From NCBI GenBank assembly GCA_964016885.1, contig OZ024743.1, positions 179,366,001 through 179,430,000 on the forward strand: a stretch of 64,000 nucleotides of DNA, written 5' to 3'. Every line of letters starts with the position of its first letter. The first letter of the stretch is position 1. The notes below the pieces were generated by a model that was not told where the DNA came from, did not search any database, and saw only the letters and a program-made list of their open reading frames with translations. Shown in pieces: positions 43,790 through 59,533 of the stretch. A program made the translations under genes and the position numbers. Source of the stretch: Eledone cirrhosa (taxonomy: Eukaryota).

Positions 43790-44320
43790 CAGGGAGCTTC
43801 GAAAATGTTATGAGAGAGACATTTATTTAACTCTGATCAACACAAAACTGTTGTCTCCTTCAAAGTAGGATCCTCCAAATTCAATGTACTTGAAGGGCTT
43901 CAGACACCTTTGGAGGGTCCCCTTGTAGTCCTCCAAAGTGAAGGTGTCCAGGACGCTTGCCACAGCCTCCTTCACCTTTTTCCCCATCCTCAAAGTGAAT
44001 ACCCCTGAGCTTCTCCTTCAGCTTTGGAAACATACATAAGTCGCATGGGGCTACGTTTGGATTGTAGGGAGGAGAAGGGACAGGCATGATCCCCATATCG
44101 GCCAAGTAGTTGGTCACCAGGATGGATTTATGGCAGGTGGCAGTGTCCTGGTTATTGGAGTGTTCTGGTTTGTTGTCATGAAATCTCTTTCTGAACTGCT
44201 TCAAGACCTTTACATATTACACTTTGTTGACGATTTGACCGTGGTTGATTCATTGGGTGGACATGATGCCCTTGTTGGCGAAGAATGGGATCATCATGAG
44301 CTTCCCAGTGGACCTGGTTA
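43790..44320 (-). pseudogene. Decayed mariner transposase, catalytic C-terminal half
   Basis: QDTATCH..PPYNPNVAPCDLCMFPKLKEKLRGIHFED corresponds to mariner HQDNAP/YSPDLAPCD motifs. Confidence 0.88.
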
Positions 44321-45216
44321 TATTTCAAGCGATATAAAGATGATAGATAGCCATCTATGGAACACGGCCATTTCTAGAAAATGTAGAATTGTTGAATACA
44401 GTGAAATGTTTTAAGTCAATTTTGAACTTGTGATTCCAAATTATCTCTATTATATTTACAAAGAAGCTCCGCGGAATGCAAAAAAAAAAAAGAAATAGTG
44501 AATAGCCTTGGAAGATAGAACAATTAATTAAATGACTATCGTTGATGCACATGACTTAGTTTCTCATCTATTTCTCAATATTTTAATACTCAAATATCCT
44601 AACTCTTAAAGAATTCAATTACGCAGATCATATCCACATATTGTGAATGCGGCTATATATTTTACAGAAATAATCGATACTCCTTAATTGATAAAACGTT
44701 GCTTTGTTATTCTTTGTATACCTTGAGACCCGATTTCATTTCTTATCATTTCAGAGAAATCGTTCTGTAACCTAGTAAGAAAATGATTCGTATTTCGCTC
44801 TGGCTTATGAGGATTAAAATGTTATTTATTGAACAATATTTGGTTATTTGCTTTCCGAAAATTTTTTCGTTTTCTTTTTTTTTACGCGAGAGAATTCTAT
44901 TTACACAAGATCGGATGATCCAGACAGAAAAGTAAATGAATTCCATTCCTGAAAACCTCAGAATTAGATTCACATTATAATGATGATAGTATTAGCTTTA
45001 ATATCTCACGTTTCCCCAATTTCATAACCTAGTGACGCTTTATAACTATCTACATTTATTGTATTATGTTACCTTGTCAGGAGTTGTAGGAAGTTGCAGG
45101 ACATACTTTATATCATAAAGTTCCCCATACCTTTTCATTCTTAGTGATTCTTTTCAACATGATTAGTTATTCATACTATCACAATCATCATCATCATCTT
45201 CATCATGTTTCCGAAA

Positions 45217-45702
45217 CTGATACAGCCAGTCGTTGAGGTTCCAATCTAGATGTGCCACCTTTGCAGCATGTCACTGGGGTGCCACTCTAGATGTGCCACT
45301 GATACAGCCAGTCATTGGGGTGCCACTCTAGATTTGACACTGATGCAGCCAGTCGTTGGGGTGTCTCTCTAGATGTGCCACTGATGCAGCCAGTCATTAG
45401 GGTGCCTCTCTAGATGTGCCACTGATGCAGCCAGTCATTGGGGTGCCACTCTAGATTTGACACTGATGCAGCCAGCGTTGGGGTGCCTCTCTAGATGTGC
45501 CACTGATGCAGCCAGTCATTGGGGTGCCACTCTAGATTTGACACTGATGCAGCCAGTCGTTGGGGTGCCACTCTAGATGTGCCACTGATGCAGCCAGTCA
45601 TTGGGTGCCACTCTAGATTTGCAAATAAATCCAGCCCGTCATTGGGGTGCCTCTCTAGATGTGCTACTGGCGCAGTGAGTCATTGAGGTGCCACTCTAGA
45701 CA
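45217..45702. repeat. 41-bp GC-rich minisatellite, about 12 copies
   Basis: Unit cactgatgcagccagtcRttggggtgccWctctagatKtgM; CTAGA at 45369, 45410, 45451. Confidence 0.92.
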
Positions 45703-45709
45703 TTTTTGC

Positions 45710-46030
45710 AGTCAGCCTTTACCACTGGTCACTATTCTCCGTTATGCGTAGAAGGGTCTCTGTGTTGTGACCAGTCCAGTATTTTGTCTGCCTCCTCTTT
45801 TCCCTCCATCGATTGTGCCATGAGGGATTGTTTGAGACAAGGATTTGTGGGGCGATACATGAACATACCAGGCAAGCTTCCGCTTTTTCACCATCGCAAG
45901 GACAAGTTCCTGTCTCTCAAAACTGTCATGTGCTCCGTATACGAGATATGAAGCAACCTCCTAATGCAATTGTGCCCCAATGACTGTATTGTTCATTCCA
46001 TGTCAGCTGTGATGGTCCAACTCTCTCAAA
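45710..46030 (-). pseudogene. Decayed RTE LINE C-terminal fragment
   Basis: CIRRLLHISYTEH..MVKKRKLAWYVHV..LSQTIPHGTIDG on minus strand. Confidence 0.75.
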
Positions 46031-46625
46031 CCCACACAAAAGGATCGAAGTCACGAAGGACACGTACTGTTAATCGTTGACAGTAAAATAAAGGTCAATT
46101 ATTCATATATCTTTTCTTCGTCTATAGTTCTTGTTTTATTTTATTTTTATTTTTGTAATTTATTTTTCGTCACCTCTTATTTAACATTTCGAACTTTCAT
46201 GTTTCACAGAATTATAAAATTATTTCGTTTAATTATAATATAGTTTTGAAGACGTTTACTCCACAATATATTGAAATCAGTAGAAGGTGCCACCAAAGTC
46301 TTCGTCGTTGTAGTCGTCTTCTTCTTCTTCTTCTTCTTCTTCTTCTTCTTCTTCTCACGACCTTAAGATCATGCGCTGAATATGCTAACCACAAAGTCAC
46401 ACGCCTTCATCTAGAGATTTATACATTAAAGGTAAACGCTCCTGAGGAATGCTCAGTCCCTTACACTTTAATTGAATGTGTTTATTAAACAATCGGAAGT
46501 CTCATCGCAGTTTATTGTAGCAACATTTACAATTAAAACCAGAAATAAGCCGCAACATATTTCTAAGAATTATCGCTGCACCAATAGAGCACACATTCAG
46601 ATGGAGACTGGTTATGAGAGAAATA

Positions 46626-46815
46626 ACTGTTTCTACTATTGGCACAAGGCCAGCAAATTACCCAGTACATTACTGGTACTTTATTTTATCGACCCCGTAA
46701 GGATGAAAGGCAAAGTTAACCTCGGCGGGATTTGAACTCAGAATGGCAAGGGCCGTAACTCTATGCGTCAAAGCATGGCGTCCGACCCTCTACCGATACT
46801 GCCAATTCACCGCCA
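46626..46815 (-). mobile_element. tRNA-SINE, well preserved; fragment also at 42461-42550
   Basis: Minus: tggcggtgaattggcag..ctgagttcaaatcccgccgaggttaactttgcctttcatcc. Confidence 0.88.
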
Positions 46816-47021
46816 TGGGAGAAATAACGAAAAATTATTAGTTTGTTTAATAGCGTGTAAGAATCAGATATATATATATATACTCCGGAGAAATTCTAAG
46901 ATTATTCCCTGAACTAATGTTAAATAACTTGTCATATCTATTGTCATTTATGTTCACTTCTAACATTATTTTAATCACCAATTTCCCCATGAGAATATAT
47001 GAGGAAAGAGAGACAAGGTAG

Positions 47022-47150
<129 letters not shown>

Positions 47151-47345
47151 AATATATATATACAAATATATTACACAAATAGAAGTGTGTTACACACTGA
47201 TATGTGAGTAAAGAATTATTACAAGTGATATCACTTCTGAACAGCGAGTTGTACTGGGTTATAAGTTACCAGTAGCGCTGAAGAGCTACCTGACATAATA
47301 TATATATATATACATACACACCCACATATATATATATATATATCG

Positions 47346-47660
47346 TTTGCAAACAAGCCTCATTTTTAAAGCCATGTCAGTAGAATTAACAACTTCATTC
47401 TTGCTGTTGTGTTGGCATGTAAACAGAACTGCAGACACTAATGTTTCTGGGTATCACCCTTCATCAGTACAGCTCACTGTTCACCTGCTAGAGCTAGTGA
47501 AAATATATGTCTGCAGTTCTGTTTACATGCCAACACAAGAGCAAGAATGAAGTGTTCATTCTACTGATATGGCTTTAAAAATGAGGCTTGTTTGCATAAT
47601 TACAAACGAATCGAATATTATTATTAATATTCGAAAAACTCAGATTACATTTATTGTATT
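47346..47660. mobile_element. Fold-back HHR mini-element: arms 47346-47437 and 47508-47596
   Basis: About 90-bp inverted repeat between (TA)n tracts. Confidence 0.85.
47427..47474 (-). ncRNA. Type I hammerhead ribozyme
   Basis: agctgta-CTGATGA-a-gggt gat accc-a-GAAA-cattagtg-TC-tgcagtt; 7-bp stem I, GUC site. Confidence 0.8.
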
Positions 47661-47859
47661 CAGCCTTGTAGAGCGAAAATCTTTTTATATATATATATAT
47701 ATGTGTGTGTTTTCAACTTATATATATATGTGTGTTTTCAACTTATTGTCCCTCTCATGTGTTTTGTTTCCCTTCATTTTAATTTTTTTCCTGTGTGTTT
47801 AATGTTTTTCCACCATTCCCCCCTCACACACCCACGGAACCCCTGTGCCTCACACCATT

Positions 47860-49179
<1,320 letters not shown>

Positions 49180-49237
49180 TATGTATATATATATATACAG
49201 ATGTGAGAAAAACCACAGACCCTCCATCTCAACTCTA

Positions 49238-49273
49238 CTTTTGAAAAGCAGAAGAACTGCGAAACCGGTAAAG
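49238..49273 (+). ncRNA. Minimal hammerhead with U3:A8 core in monomeric element 49201-49340
   Basis: ctt-TTGAAAA-gcag aagaa ctgc-GAAA-ccgg-TA-aag, then AATAAA. Confidence 0.75.
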
Positions 49274-49335
49274 GAACCAAATAAATATATATATTTTTTT
49301 AAAAATAAGACTCCAGTGGCATTTTAGATTTCATC

Positions 49336-49398
<63 letters not shown>

Positions 49399-49748
49399 TT
49401 TCAATCATCAGAATGAAAAAATCCTGGTCTGTTTATTGAATTTGGATTTTAAAAACAAAAATGCAAATCTATATGAAAGTGAGCCTGTAGAAAGAAGAAG
49501 GAAAGGAAAAATAAAATAATAAAGACTATTATACAGTTGACAGCGATACACGCGACGAATAGATGAACAAACACGCGTGGTAAGCAATACACACAAATGC
49601 ACGTACACATACATACGAAAAAGTAAATACATACACACACTCTCACACATAAATATACATATACAAATACATAAACACATACATACGCATACACAAATAC
49701 ATACACAAACACACACACATATACACATATACACACACATATACATAT

Positions 49749-49783
<35 letters not shown>

Positions 49784-49806
49784 AATACACACACACATAT
49801 ACACAC

Positions 49807-49837
<31 letters not shown>

Positions 49838-50041
49838 TACATACATAGCTATACAATTATACACATACAAATACGTACATATCACAAACACGCACAACCA
49901 AATACAAACACACACACACACACACACATATATATATTTATATATATGTATATGTGTGTGTGTGTGTGTGTGTAAAACTCAATCTTAGATAATGCATATT
50001 AACCTTATATAACTCCAAAATATACATATACATATATATAT

Positions 50042-52335
50042 AGTAATGTAATAAACAACATAAGGCAATTATTCCATTCACCAGTGGTTTCTTAAAACCA
50101 AAAAATTTTGCCTTCAACCATCAGAATGAAAAAAACCTGGTCTATCTACATATATATATATACACACACATATATATATATATACACATACACATACACA
50201 TACATACACATACATTTTGGTATGTGAAGGGTAAGGCAAAAAGAATATATGGGGGGGGGAGACGTAGGAAAAGGTGAAATATAAGGGGAGATAAGGGAGA
50301 AAAAGAATACAAGAGTACAGAACGTGGATTCAGCAGGTAAAAAAACCGTAGTAGAAGTAAAGAGCAGGAAAGGAGTTCAAGGCGGTTGAGTTATCATACG
50401 AGTGTCAATCCAGTTACAGATCAGATGTGATTTCAGATGAGGACAAGATCTGAAGATCTCGGTCTTTGAGTTTAGGCAAGCAGAAGTGGCTCTCAAGTTT
50501 AGCAAAATCCTATATTTTTATGTGGTACACAAAGAACAATTCTTTGTGCCCCTTTGGTACTCCCTCGAATGGTCTAAGATAGACCAATCGATAGGGTACG
50601 AGATGTTACTATCCTTGAATTCCCACACCTTACCTGCGAGGGCCGTTGATGTTCGTTTATCGGAGTGCTTAAAAGAAGCGACATATGAGTAAAACCTGGT
50701 TTTACACCTGTCCTGGGTCATGCCGACATATCGCTCACTCCTGGTTGGCTGGTTGTTGATTAACGGTGTTAGTTTAGCCTCATAAACAACAGATTTGGTG
50801 TTACATTTACCCTGCAATGGGCATTCATCCGGCTTCCTGCAACTGCATCCTCGATTTGTTCTCGTATGATTTGAACTAATGATCTTGGACTTCATAGATG
50901 GGCAACAAGAGTAACTGATCTTAACTACGTTCCTATTAAATATCTTATAATATCTATGATTAGGAGGAAAATGTTTGTCTAAGAATTCAAGGAATTTCCT
51001 TCCTACATTAGTTTAGACAGTTAGAGAGAAGGGGGTGTGAACCAAATAATTTTCCTTTTCCTGTTATTGTGGTTAGTTTTTTTGGGGGGGCGGGTAGGTA
51101 AATAAAAATTTGTTTCTGTAAAACCGCTGTTCTTAGGGGCTTTATTATAATAAGATGCGGCTTTATTAAAAATGTCTATAGACGAAGATAAGGTAGAAAT
51201 CCTACGGCTAATGTTGGGAATAAGATTATTAAAAACTATAGGGGATGGCAAGACTCTCTGTGTATATACCTAAGATTTTCATTAGGTTTATGATAAGGTT
51301 TAAAAGAGGCGGTAAGTAGATCAATACTAATATCAAGAAAGTTAGCATTGGTAAGGTTCGTATCTATAGTGATTTTAAGGTTAAGATTAGCAAAAGTATT
51401 GATTAAATCTTTACGGAATTTATCAAGGTTATGGCCGTTGGTGGTATGAGAAACTGCCAATTCGTCATCACTGTATAAACCGATATTATGGGAAGGAAAT
51501 TTCTCTTTGAGGGTGTGGAGAAGGAATAATCCTACTAAGTCACACACATCTGCACTGTCATATGAACCCATTGCAACATCAAAAGAGTTTTCAGGGTTTG
51601 ACTTTTTAACCCAAATATTTTCATTAGTAAAGAGTAAAGTTTTTCTAGCATGAAAGATAATGTCTTCTTCTAATTTAGAAATATTAATGAAGGGTCTTGC
51701 AAAATCTAAGGCATTAGTTAATAAGGAAACAGTAATAGAGGGGTAAAAATCAACAATATCAAATTTGGTAAATCTACACTTATTTTTACCTTGTATATTA
51801 TTAAACCAAGAAATAACAGAGGAAGTATTTAACCATTGTGATAAGTCAGTGTTAGTTCTAATTTGGAGAATTATTTTTCTTAAGATTTTTTTACTTGCAA
51901 GGCCAACTTCGGATTTAGCCGGGTTAATCAGTCTACAACTAGGTCGATTAGTAAAGTCCAATTTATGGTCTTTAAGGGTAATATATCCTTTACGCTTAGC
52001 TAGGCTTTCAATCCGGTTGTCTATTTTTAAAGAACTAGCTAGTTCTTTAGCTTCTTTATTGATAGTATTGTAGGTATTATTATTAGTTAATTGATATTTG
52101 TTGGTGATACTATTAGTTAAAAGTTGGTTATACAAAGTACTATTAACTTCAAAGAGATTTTTAGTTTTATCAGAAAGAACAAAGGTGTTTGTAGAATTTC
52201 TAAAATTAGAAATATCGTCAGATAGTTTAGTTTGAAAGTTATTATTGTACTTTTGATATCACTAATTAGATTAACAAGGTCTAATTCGAAGTTGGCCATG
52301 TCTTTTAACCAACTTTTAACTAATAGTATCACCAA
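50042..52335 (-). mobile_element. 5'-truncated, frameshifted Penelope-like element (Nematis-type) with HHR-bearing 3' end; second pLTR piece from 49398
   Basis: RT: RLINPAKSE, FDIVDFYPSI, MGSYDSADVCDLVG, YSDD, FLDI, YHKPN; EN: CSCR..CPLQGKC..VVY..YVGMT..CSLC; HHR at 50073-50131(-) tttcatt-CTGATGG..GAAA-ccactgg-TG-aatggaa, with intact CTGATGA in sister fragment 49405-49411. Confidence 0.9.
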
Positions 52336-54436
52336 TAATTATTGGAGTGAAGATGAAGCAGAATAAGCGTTATTCTACTATTTTACACCCTTACTGCTTC
52401 CCGTTCCTCAATCGTGGCCATACTGGAGCATAGCTATTAAATCAAACATACATTACAACTCATCATTTGCCATATATCTATTTTAATGCGAAAATTAGAA
52501 GTTGCTTTGTCTAAGAAGAGTAAAATTTATAATAAAAGAATTTTGTCGAAAAAAAAACATGTCTTTGGTTGGAAAGAGATTGATAACTTCTCTTTACTTC
52601 CTCTCTTTAAAACACCTGATATGAGTCTCAGCAGATTACTCAGGTGAGCTGTCTACACACCTTCGGTAAGCTATAATCCACTATTAGTCGCACCTTTGAC
52701 TTTTAAACGCAACGTACAAACGCTAAAGTACCTAAGTCATCGAAAATCGATCTCAATCCCGAAGGTTCATCAGATCAATACACATCATAGTTTCGTGGCG
52801 TGAAGTGACTGAGATTAGAAAATTTGCCATCTGCATAGGAAGCCTGTCCATTAAATACCAGCTACAGCTGATACCTCTTTTCAGCTGTGTAAACTCGAAT
52901 AACGTGAAATAAAGTACTTTGTTCAAGAACACATCACAAAACGCAGTCCAGGATTCGAACCAACAAGATTATGATCATAAGTCAAACACCCTTACCACCA
53001 GGCCACTCGCCTCCATACTGTACAAAATATATATATGTCATATATTACCTTCATAAATTACTTTAGTATTCATACTATTCATTATTTTAGATCATAACAA
53101 CAAAATTATGTTATAAACCGTCATGAAAGGAAACTATAAATAATGTTTAAAAAAACATATTATAAATCTCTTTACAATCATTGTCCATTAAGTGTGCTGT
53201 TTACTCTCGAGTAGAAACTAGCGAAATATAATTTTGTTTCTATTTCTCTAATATATCCTTTATTTCAGGACTTGTTTGGAGATCATGTTTCTGAAATTCT
53301 AAAGAAAATTATAATAGAATTTCGTTTCAGTGTAAACTTATTAAATGAATACATTTTCCAATTATGTAAAATTACAATTATTTCTCGACATAAAGATGTA
53401 TCTCGGCGACAATCACCTTCTACAGGATTCATGTGAGTGGCGAAACTTCAGGTGTTGAGCCATATCTCGTCTCTACATCACAGACACAGCCCATTAATAT
53501 AGTATATAAATTGCTTTTTAACTGGTGCTGCATCAGCAGGTTTTCTCTCTTCATGGTTGTTAGCTTAATTGGTAAAAGTTACGATGACGTTCTCATTGCC
53601 AAGTGGAAGGTCTTGAGATTAAAAATCCAAAGAAGCGCAAAGAGAATAGAGTCAGGAACTAGAAATGGATGTGGAAAGAGAGACCTAGATATTAGAAACC
53701 TTTGTATATATAACATTATTATTATAAACATTTCATGCGAAGTTTACCAGAGAAGAGTATAATAATATACATTTATATTTTCTCGGACACACAGTGTAAG
53801 AGTGTGTGTAAATGTGTGTGTACTCACGTGTAAATGTGTGCGCAAATGTACGTGTGTATGCATATAGGTAGACAGACACACACACACACACACACAGACG
53901 CATATGTATATACCCAGAAAATAAATACAAACATAATTTTTTAACGAGAAAAATACACACACATCAAATATCGTTACACACTAATATTCAAATATACAGA
54001 ACGGTCATATCAATCAGTGAAAAAAAAATCAATGATTTCAGCTTTTAGATTAAAATATCACTTTTGTTGGATTTGCTACAAAATTGACACCTGCGTTCTT
54101 ATCAGTAATGCGATAAAGGAATATTAATACAAATAATAAAATAAAAAACACAATTAAGAAAAATTGGCAAAAAGCAAAAACAAAAACAAAATGGAATAAT
54201 TTGATCAATAACAGAACGAAAAGAGGTAAAGAGAACCCAGAACGACGCCAGCATCAAATAGACACCAATTAAAATTATTAGCTCAACACAACTTTACCAT
54301 ATCTATATCCATAGCACACACACACATACAACACAATCACATAGAATCGTTCACAAACAGAGGTACATATATACATACAACACATTGAATATATACATAT
54401 GAGTACATACGGCTATTTATATATATATATATATAT

Positions 54437-54566
54437 AAATAGCCGTCGAAACGGCTTGAGCTCTGCCGTCGGGGCCATACATTTTCCTATTACCGACTCT
54501 TCCACCCTAACTTTTGAGTACTCTGGTGCGTTATGGTCCATCTGGTTCCTTACCACATCTCCTTCG

Positions 54567-54568
<2 letters not shown>
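54437..54568 (+). mobile_element. Family A half-element with tail
   Basis: tagccgtc-GAAA-cggcttgagctctgccg-TC-gggg..ttgagtactc..ccttcgtta. Confidence 0.85.
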
Positions 54569-54617
<49 letters not shown>

Positions 54618-54621
<4 letters not shown>

Positions 54622-54831
54622 GTATAATAAACAATACAATATAATTACCTCATTGCCTTGTCCGATGAACGAATGAGGACGTGTTTCGTATTCGTCTTGT
54701 TCGTAATAGAGTTCGAGTGACGCAACTTCGAGCGATTAGCGGCCTCTAGACTCGCCTGATCAATGAAACATTTGTTAGTACCTGAAATAAAGCCCCTTGT
54801 TGTACAGCCAACCATGTTACTCTTCATTCTT

Positions 54832-54836
<5 letters not shown>
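54618..54836. mobile_element. Chimeric mini-element: 48k-family end and core fused to a 4.8k-family end
   Basis: 54618-54654 matches 48151-48187; 54655-54704 matches 49079-49130; 54715-54836 resembles 4765-4866. Confidence 0.7.
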
Positions 54837-54909
<73 letters not shown>

Positions 54910-54925
54910 CATATATATATATATA

Positions 54926-55328
54926 TCAATGATATTAATAAATGGAAACTATATTTATGAAACCATATTTATTTTATCGTATATAATTCAAGGGTACACA
55001 AAACTTTGGTACACACTCATCAGATAAAATACAAAGTTTCTTTTATAAGTAGTGACATACCCAGGCATCAGACCTTAACTTGAACCGTTAAGGTCTGATT
55101 CGTGGGTATGTCACTATTTATAAAACAAACTTTGTATTTTATCTGATGAGAGCGTACCTAAGTTTTGGTTCCCTTGAAATATATATAATAGAATAAATAT
55201 GGTTTTATAAATATAGTTTCCATTTAATAGTGTCATTGATATTATAATCCAGAAAATCTGTCGGGTGTTTCGTATCTGTTATAAATATATTTGTTGAATT
55301 ACCAACAAATTAAATATCCCTTTGCTTT
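54926..55328. mobile_element. Fold-back HHR mini-element: arms 54926-55079 and 55087-55241, tail to about 55328
   Basis: Inverted arms around loop ttgaacc; CTGATGA on both strands; HHR 55135-55195(+). Confidence 0.88.
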
Positions 55329-55396
55329 TATATATATATATATATATATATACATATGAATATATATATGTATGTTCATATAAATATAGATATATG

Positions 55397-55466
<70 letters not shown>

Positions 55467-55471
55467 TATAT

Positions 55472-55591
<120 letters not shown>

Positions 55592-55596
55592 TATAT

Positions 55597-55669
<73 letters not shown>

Positions 55670-55674
<5 letters not shown>

Positions 55675-56334
55675 TGTTTGTTCACGAACTACTCCTATGG
55701 TTTTGGAGATAGCCCCGTAACCAAATTGTTTCTCTTCGATTTATATGAAATTTAAACCATAGGTAAACTACAAAATATGATGCCTATTCACCAGGTTTGA
55801 GCAAATTTCAATAATATTAAGACACCCTAATGGGAGTTAAAACCCCTAAAGTGAAAATGTTGGTCAATAAATGGAATGAGACTTCACGAACTCCTATGGT
55901 TTTGGAGATAGACCCCCATAATCATATATATTCTGAAGCTACATTGCCCAGGATACTTGGATAAGTATATTCCATTTTAATCAAAGGGTTCCCCGGGGGC
56001 ACAAACCCCCGCCGAAAATTTGTTCCCTTCAATTTATATGAAATTTAAACCATTGGTAAATGACAAGATATGATGTCTATTCACAAAAGTTTTGAATTGA
56101 TATTTTGAAAAAAATTATTTACAAGAAACAAAATGAGAATAAGATTTAATAATGTAATTTTGATTTGATATATTACAAAAAATAATGTTTTCCAATTTTT
56201 CATGCATTACATTTTACATTGAGAAATATTGAAATGCAGAGTTTTTCTCCATACATTATATCACTGATTTAAAATCAAGCATATTCTTACAAAAGAAATG
56301 TGTGAAACGCAGCAAGGCGTGCGTAATTCGGCTA

Positions 56335-56335
<1 letters not shown>
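55670..56335 (+). mobile_element. Non-autonomous Helitron-like element with internal duplication
   Basis: 3' hairpin acgca-gcaaggcg-tgcgt then aattcggCTAG; repeated ttcacgaactcctatggttttggagatag and atttatatgaaatttaaaccat. Confidence 0.55.
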
Positions 56336-56402
<67 letters not shown>

Positions 56403-56404
<2 letters not shown>

Positions 56405-56591
56405 CGAAGGAAATATGGTAAGGAGCCAGGTGGACCATAACGCACCAAAGTACTCAATACTTAGGGTAGTAGAGTGGGTAAAGGTACCAGTAGGACCCCG
56501 ACGGCTGAGCTCAAGCCGTTTCGACGGCTAATTCTGGACCAGAATTAGCCGTCGAAACGGCTTGAGCTCAGCCATCGGGGTCCTACTCGTT

Positions 56592-56594
<3 letters not shown>
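56403..56594 (-). mobile_element. Family A palindromic mini-element, best-preserved copy
   Basis: agtaggaccccgacggctgagctcaagccgtttcgacggctaattctgg-a-ccagaattagccgtcgaaacggcttgagctcagccatcggggtcctact. Confidence 0.9.
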
Positions 56595-56676
<82 letters not shown>

Positions 56677-56837
56677 GTTTATATATATATATATATATAT
56701 ATATAAATGGAAAATAATGAAACGAAATTTCATTTCTCACTCTTAGTACGGCTGATACTTAAATGTAAGTATGTATGTATACGTACATACATATATGTGT
56801 ACAGACGTCCAGTAGTATGTATATATATACATACATG

Positions 56838-56882
<45 letters not shown>

Positions 56883-56952
56883 GTATGGGTTTACCGAACA
56901 TTTATTATAATGTTCGGTTTGTTTGTAAACAAACAAACAGCCCGAATATATT

Positions 56953-57026
<74 letters not shown>

Positions 57027-57065
57027 GATATTAACAAATGGAAACTATATTTATAAAACCATATC

Positions 57066-57130
57066 TATTTTATTATACATATTTCAAGGATACCATGTTA
57101 AATTATGGTATGCTTTCATCAGATAAAATA
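57066..57130 (-). ncRNA. Canonical type I hammerhead ribozyme (55k family, element 57027-57170)
   Basis: tattttat-CTGATGA-aagcataccat..atggtatcctt-GAAA-tatgta-TA-ataaaata; perfect 8-bp stem I, 10/11-bp stem II. Confidence 0.85.
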
Positions 57131-58160
57131 CAATATATACCAGTGTTATAAATAAATATTGACATACCCTTTCAAAATGCAACCATTACTTTTGGAAGAC
57201 ATCAGGGATAGTGGATTTGTTTACTTATAATAGTAAGTCGTTGTGTTACGGAGAAGGAAAAAGACGGAGAGAGAGAAAAAACGGAGAGAGAGAAAGGGAG
57301 AAATAAAGAAAGATAAAGAAAAAAAAGAAAAAAGAGAAAAACGAGAGAGAGATATCAAAACACCAGACAGAGAGAAAAAAAATCGAGAGAGAGAAATATA
57401 GAGATAGAGAGAGGGGGAGAGAACGAAAACCTTAAGTCATGTCATATTAAGTTAAGTTAACAATTGAGATGAAATGAATAAATAAAATTAGAAATATTAA
57501 TATTCATGAATGGAATATACATATATAATATGAGAAATTAATCATTGTTTAACTATGATTAGATATTTAGTTTAAAAATTGAGATCAATATATTAAAAAT
57601 TGGAATTTAAACATTAAGAAATCTACATATTGCTAAAGAAAGTACATATCATATAACACGTACACACACGCAAAAATACACATAAATATATATATACACA
57701 CACTCAGAAAATACACATCATATCTATATAATATATACATACAAAGCATAAATGATTTTTTTTATTAATGTTATACATCCCTTGTGTTATTAAATTAAAA
57801 TGTTTAATATATATATATAAATATATAAGATTAGCTGTTATGCATTTATGGCTGTTAATTATGTCTATCTGCAATCAAATTGTATGGGTACACATGTACA
57901 TGTACACACACAATTCTTACATATACATGTGTGTGCATCCTCAGCCAATTGGTAGACACGCGTCACGCATGCATATATACAGACAGACATATATTCATAA
58001 AAAAGCATATAACACATGTATATGTATGTTAATATACACATATACATACATACAGGTATAGAGATAAGTATACATCAATATAGTACATAGTATAATTGAG
58101 TACATAAAATACTAAAGGATTATATTTTGGAAATATAATTATATCAATATAACTTAAAAA

Positions 58161-59515
<1,355 letters not shown>

Positions 59516-59533
59516 TATATATATATAATATAT

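Noticed and set aside
45217-45702. CRISPR-like regular repeat
   Set aside because: Contiguous tandem units with no unique spacers, no cas genes, eukaryotic context
53500-53540. TATATAAA with a TCAG initiator-like motif about 30 nt downstream
   Set aside because: Such motifs are common in AT-rich DNA; no supported downstream exon or ORF
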